DNA of 64,000 nucleotides from the human T2T-CHM13v2.0 reference genome, Homo sapiens. The stretch lies in NCBI RefSeq assembly GCF_009914755.1, contig NC_060932.1. One strand, 5' to 3'. The notes below the pieces were generated by a model, which was not told the origin of the DNA, made no database searches, and worked only from the letters and a program-made list of their open reading frames with translations. Of this stretch, positions 41,892-52,120 are shown in pieces. The translations under genes and the position numbers were made by a program. The first letter of the stretch is position 1. Each line of letters starts with the position of its first letter.

Positions 41892-41918
41892 ATGTGGATA
41901 TTTGGTAGCAATGACTGA
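41892..41918 (+). promoter_or_regulatory. Upstream ORF overlapping the PKIA start (MWIFGSND*)
   Basis: ATG at 41892 inside the exon (which starts at 41884), out of frame, TGA at 41916-41918 downstream of the main ATG at 41911. Confidence 0.6.
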
Positions 41919-42061
41919 TGTGGAAACTACATATGCAGATTTTATTGCTTCAGGAAGAACAGGTAGAAGAAATGCAATACATGATATCCTGGTTTCCTCT
42001 GCAAGTGGCAACAGCAATGAATTAGCCTTGAAATTAGCAGGTCTTGATATCAACAAGACAG
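41911..42061 (+). CDS. PKIA: cAMP-dependent protein kinase inhibitor alpha, coding exon 1 (aa 1-50; exon spans 41884-42061)
   Basis: [50 protein letters not shown]: PKI(5-24) inhibitor peptide, RRNAI pseudosubstrate (41965-41979), CRM1 [13 protein letters not shown] (42022-42051); acceptor TTTTGTAG ending 41883; donor CAG|GTAAGT, phase 1. Confidence 0.99.
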
Positions 42062-45000
42062 GTAAGTCATCTGGCACACATTTCTCTATGAGCATGGAAT
42101 GATTTGCGGCATTTTACTAAGAGGGATTAAGGCACGAAAAGCCATCTTTGAAAGTAATCTAATGTAAAGAGTTTTAAACAATCTAAGGCAAGATGAAAGT
42201 CTGAGACTAATCTCTTAATCACTCCTGCTCTATTTTCAATGATGTCTGTTTAGAAGGCTTCCCACTCAAATGCAGAGTCCTTAATCTGATTTTATTAATG
42301 CAATCAATAAAACACATGGTGTGTTTTTTTAAATCCTAATTTCTATAAAAGCTGAAATTGCTTATGTACAGTATTTAACAAAGTTGGAGCTCCTACCTTT
42401 GACAATATTGGCCACCTCTAACATTTACTAGGTAGATATTTAACAAGATTCACAGGTAATTCTGATAGACTTCAATTCTAAGAACAATTTTAGTAAAAAA
42501 GAGTCTCCAGGGCTAATTTTATTAAGAATGGAAGTAAAATGATCTGTTACATTAGTAACTCTTAGGTAAAAGGGTCTTTGGTTTCCTATTCCAGATAGAA
42601 TGGGTTTGTGAAAAATTTGTCTCCTTACTGGGCCTTGAATTCTTACCCAAGGAGTCTATCTTCATTAATGAAAGAGAAAAACAAGTTTGATGGATTAAAA
42701 AACTTGACAGTTTTACTTCTGAGTATTAGAATAAGTCCCCTGATAGTTCCTCCACCCATAGCTTTTGCAGATATCAAAGCTGAATGTGTTTCCCTGAGAA
42801 GACTTGTGTAAAAATAACCCTTAAAAGTAAAAAGAATTCATGATTAGGGAAACCCTGATATTATGTGCATGGAAAGCACTTATCACAGTTTCTGACTCTT
42901 AATTATTCAATATGTCTTCGCTGTTAGAATTTTTAAGGTAAAACCTTTAGATTATTAGAAAACTGAGTCAGAGTATATGTATATATAGATTAATGAAATG
43001 GCTCAGCAACATTACTTTAAAATATATAAGGATGGTATTTTATTCAATGGCTAAAGCTCAGTATTTCCCAGACTGGTCTTTTCAAATTCAGATTAATAAT
43101 AAAACTTTAACATCACCACTTTGGAATATGTAGACCTGTATAAATCTTAGGTTTCATTGTTGTGCTGTTATTGCTACCAGTAGTTACTTCCCAGAACAGC
43201 TCTGAGAAAGACTGTATGGGGAATTATTCCAATTTCATAACATGAGATGGATAAATATATTTTTGCTGCAGTCTTGCATAAGATTTATATTTTATTTTTC
43301 ATACAAATATGCTACTTTAAATAGTCTGCATTAATTTTAGCTGCTCTTAATATTAGGACATTTTTATTCATAGTACAATTTAATTTCTTCTTTTTCTATT
43401 TTTCCTGAAGTTGAGAATTGTTAGCCCTAAGACTGTTTTATTTTCCTGAAAACATATTAAATTATTATAAATTATTGAAATAATAAATTAAAATGTAATA
43501 TTAATAAATATAAATAAAATAATTTCATATGCATTATTTTACAATTAAATAATTTAAAATAATTTAAATTATCTTTATACTTCCAAATGTCTTCTTTTCT
43601 AAATATTTTTGCATGTTAATTGCAATTCACTAGGCTCTTGCAACATTTTCTGTTTTTCTTAAAATTATAAAGTCCAAAACCAGGAACAGTATACAAAGCA
43701 ATAACTTTGTTTATTCTAAGTACAAAAAACTAATAACTGTATAATATGAAGATCTAAAATAGAAAAAATGGCAATTATATAATGACAAATTCAACGTCAC
43801 TAAGAATTGTGAGGAATTTTTTTTGTAATTCGTAAATGTTTCAGCTTCATTTTAGTTTATACTCAACAATATTGTTGCTTCATGTTTACCTTTATTTGTT
43901 AACAGGCATCTATTTAGCAACAGTCTCTATGTTTTCAGCATAATGCTAAGCCCTGAGAAGTGTCCCCAGACATCTAGAGGGTCCCAAGCCCCATGGGAGT
44001 CAAGTTCCTCATCTTGTATTTATACAATCACTTTCATCCTGAAATATTCTACTGTCTTACATATGCCCTAATTTGACTTCATTTCTTTGATTACCAAAAG
44101 CTTCTCCTGTTTACCAAGTTCTTGTTGCATGCTTAATTTACACATCTCAGAACCAGGCCATCTGCACATCATGCGAGCCTCTCACAATAAAATAGTGCAT
44201 GAAAATTATATATAATGTCTGGTCATACCCTTGGTACTGCTTTAGAAGAAAATATTTTTATGTAGAAGAATTGGTTTTAATTTCCCTAAAGATTTAATGT
44301 TGTTGGAGTATGGTGAGGTGCTTTGTGTGTACTTGCTAAGAGTAGAGGAGAAACTGCCTTATAACATTATGGTCCAAAGAATAGGCCATCCAACTTACCT
44401 GCTTTTATTTGAATTATGATAACAAACCCTCAGCAAATATTGATTTGTTTATATTATTGCAACACCTGAAAACATTTTGTTTGCCAAGCCATACTGGCTG
44501 CCTGATAACAAAATATCGCATGCAGATATTTGAATCTGAGTCTAGAATTGCCAACAGCTTGCACTTATATAAAGTGACCTAATATGGAGTGAAAGCATTG
44601 AAATGTTTGCCATACCACTGGCTAAGATTGCTACTGAGGGTGCAGTTATGAGGGTGGTTTTATTGGAATTGTGCACATGTTCTCTAAGGGCAGACCAGAG
44701 GCCATTGTAACTATTTGACAAGGGACTGGCCAGCTGACATAGTGTCCTTTCATTTTCAACTATTGCTTTTACTTTGAACTAATAGAACCTCTGAGAAATT
44801 AGCTGGGTTATCATCAAGTGCTATAAAAAGGAGAAAATGCAGTTTTAAAATATTTCTTCAAATAAGACAATCAGGCATAAAAAGGTAAACATGCTCCCAC
44901 TTCTGATTTCTACTTAAAGACATTTCTGATTTCTGCAACCTGTGAAACTATACCTAAGTGACATGACCTGGCCTTGAGATTTCTGAGCTATTTATCCAAA

Positions 45001-45267
45001 GCTTGGCTGATCACTAACTACTCTGAAAATTTGAATATTATTTTGTTTTTGAGCCGTGCTGTCCCAAGTTCACAGAATTAATCAGTCCTTGAAAACTTAA
45101 GCTGTTTTCTTAGTGGTGAACTGACTACCAAGAAAATATACTTGTTCCTTCAAGGTTTCAGGCCTATTTAGTATTTCTGAAGTTACCAATATGACATATT
45201 GACAGTTGGTAAATAAAAGCAATCATTTTTATTTTGCCTTTATTCTGTTTTCGTTTTTCTTTTGCAG

Positions 45268-45347
45268 AAGGTGAAGAAGATGCACAACGAAGTTCTACAG
45301 AACAAAGTGGGGAAGCCCAGGGAGAAGCAGCAAAATCTGAAAGCTAA
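45268..45347 (+). CDS. PKIA: cAMP-dependent protein kinase inhibitor alpha, coding exon 2 (aa 51-76 + stop)
   Basis: Acceptor TTTTCTTTTGCAG ending 45267; spliced frame reads EGEEDAQRSSTEQSGEAQGEAAKSES-TAA; 151+80=231 nt = 76 aa + stop. Confidence 0.98.
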
Positions 45348-46720
45348 CACCCCACTTTGACCCTCGACCACACCTGAAAATGTCTCAAATCTCCAGGAGT
45401 ATCTGGAATGCATTTGTTTCCATGAGTGAAAAGAGGAAAAAGAAAATGGCTGTGCTGCATTGCAGGAACCTGCTCATTATCATGTTAAAAATGAGGGCAG
45501 AGGCTGTGGCTGCAGGCAGACTTTTCCCTACCTCTGTCATTAGCAATGGTTGAAATCATGTGGCTTGTGTTTGGGCGTCATTTTTGTATGGATCCTTTCA
45601 CTTGATCATATGACGAAATGCTTATAGAGAGTAGCTCCGACCTAGATGATGATTCTTCCTGTAGCATCTGGCCCCTCACAATGTCAGAGGATTTAATTGT
45701 GTCTAATTGCGAAGGGTTGATTGAACCCCAGAGTTTAAATATCTCTGGCTCAAGTGTTCACCCAGTAAAAGAAAGATCCAGAAAGCACTGTTTTTAGCAT
45801 TACGTATCTGTGTGTTACTGCTGTGTTATTTACACTGTTTTGTATTGTACAATATATATGCTCAGCACTGCCCCCTTCTCTGATTGCTTATGAAAAACAA
45901 AATGATGTACATTACTGTGAATTTTTATACCACTCATTTTTAAAAGGGCTGTCTTTTCATTTTAGTTTTCCATACTGTGGTGGTGTACACAGGATAGAAC
46001 ACCCTTTTTTAAAACACAGTCTTTCCCCTTGCTCATTGTATGTTGATGAGTTGATTAAGTCTAACAGATTCATCAAGACTCCATTGCTTTATTATAGAGA
46101 CATTTGAAAATATCCATTAATGTGAATATCACCTGAATTCAGTCTGTTTGGTGTCTGCACAGACTGGAATTCAATCTGTCAAATTTGTTTTATTCTCAAG
46201 TGGAGAACTTCTCCCACATAATATATATATATATATATATTTTAATTTATGAGAATTTTGGACAATTGGAAAGGTAGAAAAGAAAAGCCAAGATCATACT
46301 AAGGACTGGAAATATTTTGTTCTATGGAATCAAATTTCTCACAATGCTGTATGATACTATTTAAATTTGGAGGACAACTTATCTTCACTAAGCTGAATCA
46401 GGTGGAGAAAGTAATCTCCTTGCAATCATGTGGACACCAATCACAAAAGTAAAGCTCTGGTGTTGTGTTTTCATGTCTTTTTTCAGCCCTCTCAGATCCA
46501 AATGTTATTATGCACTTTTTAATGTTTGTAAACTTTTACTAATAATTAGTGTGAATTGCATTCTGATACAATAATGATTATCATTAGAAGCTAACAAAAT
46601 TCTCATTAATACTGTGTTTGATGGCCTCTGCTGTGTTTTAACATCGTGCTTCTTATATGGAAAGTTTTTGTGAGCTGTGTAATCCCTCTGGTCAGTATTA
46701 TGAAATCATTTGTCAGTGGT

Positions 46721-46726
46721 AATAAA
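46721..46726 (+). terminator. Candidate proximal poly(A) signal AATAAA
   Basis: AATAAA with upstream TGTA (46678) and U-rich sequence. Confidence 0.6.
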
Positions 46727-48763
46727 TAAGGAACCAGTAATATGCCAATGGTTCATGAATTACTGGACAAATAGCAGACAATGGGAGTCCCTTTACAATA
46801 ACGAGCCCACTTAGCTGTCCTTGAGGGCTTAGATACCTTGCCACGTGAAGTAGGTAGAGCAGCATTTCAATAGGTAATTTGTGTGGTTGTGCCAGAAACT
46901 CAGCCCTTCTATGTAATTACATACAGGATAAAAGGTAAGTCTGCTCACTTCTCCTTCTACAGGGCATTTCAACTGACTGGAATAAGGGCATGGTTGCATT
47001 TAGTACTCAATCAGATATTACTAGAAAAAAAATTAATAATGTGAGCCTTTCCGAGAGCAGAACGAGGAAAGATTAAATTTTAGAATGCTTCCTTCTGTCT
47101 AATCCATCAGGGGCCAAAATGCCCAGTAAAATTCAAACACATCACCTATTAATAGACTTACAAGTGAGAAAAGAGGTTCCTAGGGTTATTTTAGGCAATC
47201 CCTGGTAAACTGTTTAAACCATCAAACCCCTACAGTCAGTTTTCAGTATCCTCATTTAATATTTTAATAGGTTTCTTGTGAATTTAAACTTCTCTTCTTT
47301 CTTAAGGTTGTGAAATTCCAAACTGATTTTATGTGATTTTGAAAAGTTTAGAACCAGTGCTGAGTCTATGTGGAGGGTTTATATTCCTATGTGATATACT
47401 GTTATTAATGCATGTGGTGCCATGCTTGTCTTTAAATATATAAATAGTGCTAAATTGCAAAGTCATATGGAGCTTTGGATTTAGTTTGACTTCTTACTAC
47501 TGCTTTGTCTGCTATATTCAAACCCAAAGGCATTCCCAAGCTAGGGAGATAAAAATTAATTTTCTAAAATGTCCACATCCTATACATTTTGCTTATTCAT
47601 GGCATCTTTCAAATTTTATTTTAGTTTCCTTTATTTGCCAAGAATACATATGGATTTGAATTTTTAAGGAGAGAAGGAAAGGGTAGGAAACCAGGGCCTT
47701 GGGTTTAGTAACAGGCATTGGATGTCTATTAACCAACTATTCTTACGCTAATGGCTTTGCAGCTCCTATTCTCCCATTTGATCCTCAAACAATTCTATTA
47801 GAGTGGTATTTTTATCCAATTTCACAGATTAAAATATAAGCACTCAATAAAATATAACCTTTAGAAGCTTAAAAAGCTAGTAAGTGATGAACTGAGGATT
47901 TGAACCCATGTTTGTCACCAAGGAGCTTTCCAGGGCACATGTCATAAAATTAGAGCCAACTGCAGAGCTGTAAGGGAACTTTTAGAGATGAACTTCTTCA
48001 GCCTCCATATTTTACAGAAGGAAACTGAATCCCAGAAGGAGAAATTGCCGTTCTCAAGGCTCCCTGGATGGGTAATAACACAGATATGAGTAGGTCACAT
48101 AAAGTATATCTTTTTTAAAAAAAAGAAATTCAATTATGTCTTATTTGGGGGGTATATTTCCCAGAAGATATTTTTCTGGCATGTGGTCTGTAAACACAGC
48201 ATGATTCATATTTTTTATGTTTCATGCTACTCATTTTGTTTAATTACCAACAAACATGGGGACTTTGGCTTTTTGACTTATTTGCAACAAGCATGAAATT
48301 GTTAAATTTACCTTTTATCAATTGTAATCATCCTATGCCAACATATTATCATAAATTCATAGAAATATTTTTAAAAATAAATAACAGACATTGAAATCCA
48401 ATTCTTAGATAATACTCCCAGAACAGCCAATGGTAAATGCCCTATACTTGAGTCTTACTTAGATGCTGTGGTAATGCACCATTTTAGAAGATGAATGATA
48501 CTGCTATTTCTCTTCAGGGAAACAATAATGGATAAAGAAATGTAACTGCCGGGCAGCAAAGCTTCTAAGTGAAACCTGTAGTAGCAGTAGTAGTAGGGAG
48601 AAAATGTGTAGTCATCAAGTGAAAATAGGAAAGGATCTATGATTTATGATGTCTTAATAGACCCTAAATTGTTCTTTAATTACAAGAGTGGCAGTCTCTG
48701 AAGTCATTTGTGAGCTTGTATGACTTTTGTATTTAGCAATGTTGCATGCTCACATAATTGAAA

Positions 48764-48769
48764 ATTAAA
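48764..48769 (+). terminator. Candidate distal poly(A) signal ATTAAA
   Basis: ATTAAA preceded by two TGTA (CFIm) motifs at 48717 and 48728; repeat-like DNA begins shortly downstream. Confidence 0.6.
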
Positions 48770-50949
48770 AGTAACACATTTTTCTGAAATGTACACAGTC
48801 TATTAAGAGTATTTATTGAATTCACACTATGTACTTTGTGCTAGAGAGTGCTGCAGGTGATAAAGGAGAAATTATATGCCTCAGTCATCCCGCAGTGGAC
48901 AAACCCAGGACTCCAGCTTCACTCTTTCCTGGCCTTTATTCTAATCATTTTCAACTCCATTCCACTCGAGTAGCCCACTTCCTAGTCTTTGTCATCTACC
49001 AGAACCATCCCACCTCCTAGATCTTAACCCCCAATACCATGCCTATGGTTCTTACTTGCTCATCTGTAGGGAGATGACATTCAGTCAGGAGAAAGACAGG
49101 TGTTTATCAGAATTCTTGGAAAGTTTTTACAGCACCCACCCTCTACCCACCCCCCACATAGATACATTCATACACAAACACTCTCTCTTAAAATAACTTT
49201 CTGCATGACTCTGATACCTTTCTTCCACCCACCTGCACCCCCACCACTTTAGAACCACTGATCTAGAAGTTCAAGGCTTCCTGATGCACCCACCCTGCCC
49301 ACTCCACTGCAAGGCTTTGAAATGAGTCAGGAACAAAATGCAATCCTCACATTACTGCATTAAGGGTAATGCACATGGTTTTACTGCATTAAGGGTAAAT
49401 TTTTAGGGTAAAGAAGCAAAGAGAGCTCTTCTTTTATCTTAGTGTTTCTCTCTTTCCATCATTTTATTTTTACCACACACAGGCAGTAATGACCAAACAG
49501 AGACCAAGGTGGAGCTCAAGAGAAAGTAAGCATCAAACAGCACTCAGCCTGAATCCAGGCACGTTCTTCAGTCCAAAAAGCAAAGGGGATGTAAATACTT
49601 AAGTTCATCTTACTCAGATCGCAAGAATAAAACACCACATAGGGACTTGGGACCAACAAAATGCTAACCAGTGAAATAAGTTGTAGAGCCTCTAGTGTCT
49701 CTACTCATTGTGTATTTCTTGTATCTGTCTAATTCAGGTGTGGGGATTCAGGATCCTTTTCATCTTTAATACTAAAGTCAAAATTAACAAAATTATATGA
49801 CTATAACCTATTAACTTTCTAATTTGCACCACATCTTCTTTCTGATTGGGTTAATATGGGTGCTTCCTCAGCAACCTTCCTGCTAGTCTGGACTCTATTG
49901 TTCATCTTTCTCCTAGGTGCTCCTCAGGTTCCACATTTTCTTGCCTTTCTGCCATCTCTGCCCCATCAAAGTCAATTAGGCCACTCACTTCTCTTTACTT
50001 GTCTTCTGGATGACTGTAAAAAGTTTAAAACAATGCTTATTCATTGTCTGCAACCTCAATCTAGACATAAGTGCTGCACAGCTCTCTCTTTTCATGTCCC
50101 TGGGGACAGAGGAATCTTCCCACTTTCAGGCTAAGATTTATTCCTTCATTTGATGTTTTTAAACCACTTTATTCTGACTTTAACAGGATGTCTTAATTAT
50201 CCTTTTTCTTTACTGACTTTACCCTTTTTCACAAATGTGCTCAAGTTTTCAATTTCCCATTTGCTTCATCACTTCTGTTTCTCAAAATAGTAATGTATAC
50301 TCCCTATTTTCATGCTTCTTCTCCTCCTTATTTCTTATTCTTTTGCAATTTGGCTTCCAATAAAATTTTTCTCATTATCAATGACATCTTTAGTAGCTCA
50401 TCGTCTCTGCCATAGTCATTGAATCTCTGACCAATGTGGAAATTAAAAGGTGATGATGATTCAGAGGACTCAGATTAACCTAAAATAAAATTTAATGTTT
50501 TTATATTTTTAATTGATACTAGTATGACAGAGTATCACTGAATAATATAGTATTTTTCAACTATATAGAATCGACATATATCAAGAAAACGTCAGCTTTC
50601 TCTCTAGTATAGAACTTCCATAATGTATGGATATGTCCTTGCTCTATGACCACAGTCTCCCCGTAATGTTTGCTTGCTATGTACTCAGATCCTATAGTGC
50701 TCATTTCTTTATAGGAGTGGTTGTCACATATCTGGGCACCAACACAGAGCCTAGACATTCATAGATGGGCAAGATTACTTTGTGATGTTGTAAAGTTCTG
50801 TGTTCCATTCTACTCTTGGATAAATGTTAGTGATATCACTTGTTCCTCTCAACAGCAGCCATATATGTGTAAAATCCCAGTCTTGCTCTACTTCTCTGAA
50901 TTATACCTAAACAAATATATCTACCCGAAATAGAGTGGATCATTTTTGT

Positions 50950-52120
50950 ATATTTTATTAGCTTACTCAATGACATTTAATCTGGTTCACCATGGAATCT
51001 TTTTGATATGCTTCATTTGCCTTCCTTTTTCTTCCAGATGTTTTTTATTTAGTGAGTTCTTGTTTGTTTCTCTCTGACACCTCCTCACTAACCTAAGACT
51101 GGTTCCTCCTTGTCTACCTCTCCACTAAATTTCATGGTTCCCTGGGTTTCCATTCTCATTCCTCTCCTCTAATCTCTCTCTCCAGATGACTTCCTCCACT
51201 CCCACATCAGCAACTATATTCCTATGGCGAATCTCATATCTTGATCTCTAGCCCAGGAGTCACTCCTCATTATCTGACCTATTGGATAGTTGAACATGGA
51301 TTGCTCGAAGAATCTTAAAATTCAATGTTCTAATACTAAATCCAATGCATAATCCCATTTTCAAACCTGCTTTTCCTTATATGCTACAGATTTCAGATCA
51401 TGGTAGCACTGATTTTCCACTGACCTTAAATCAAAATTTTTGGAGCCCTTTTAGCTGTTACCTCTTCCTCTGATTTGTGTGTTTGTTTGTTTTTTGGTCA
51501 ATCGATTCTAATTCTTCACTACTGAAACTGTTCACTTCTTTTTATCTGCACTCCAACCCTTAAATCATTACTTATCTATTATTATGCAATGGCCTGCTCA
51601 GCATGACCTGCCTCATCCAGCACTCTTTCTAGCCATCTTGCCACCAGATGTATTGCTCTGATACATGATTTTGATCATGTATCTCTCCTAATTAAAAAAT
51701 CCTTAAGTTTAGCCAGACAAACTTTACGGTATAAGTACCACATTGTATTTGTGTATAACTCCTTGCTCTGTGTTAGCTTTTATCCTGTTCCTAAAATGTG
51801 CTTCATGCTTGTGGGCAAAGTCTCATTGATCCTTTCAGACTAAGCCTCATTTCATCCTTTTCGGTAGTCTTTCTGACTCATCTCCATTCCCGAGCCCTAC
51901 CCTAGGAAATCAGCCATTCTATACTCCTTGCTCTCTAACAATTTATCCACAAATGGATCTCTATATCATAGCTATTTATTTGCATGCATATCTCTCCACC
52001 TTGAGTGTGAGCTTTTTGAGGGCATCAACTCCGTTTTATTCATCTTTGTATACTCACTGTTTATCTATGTAGGTTATTGCTAATCAGTACAAACATCAGT
52101 AGATATTTGTAAATAAATAA
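50950..52120 (+). mobile_element. L2 LINE fragment
   Basis: Pyrimidine-rich L2-like body ending GTGAGCTTTTTGAGGGCA...GTAGATATTTGTAAATAAATAA. Confidence 0.65.

Larger units (their letters stand above)
45348..48793 (+). other. PKIA: PKIA long 3'UTR (end approximate)
   Basis: Mostly unique, U/GU-rich sequence after the stop, up to ATTAAA at 48764-48769; includes (AT)n at 46221-46240 and MIR-like remnants ~47740-48080. Confidence 0.75.

Noticed and set aside
41902-41910. TTG-initiated 3-aa N-terminal extension in the ORF track
   Set aside because: Near-cognate start in poor context; known PKIalpha begins at ATG 41911.
43445-43580. Very AT-rich tract in the last intron
   Set aside because: Low-complexity sequence without the long perfect palindromes or insertion context seen at 41550-41715.
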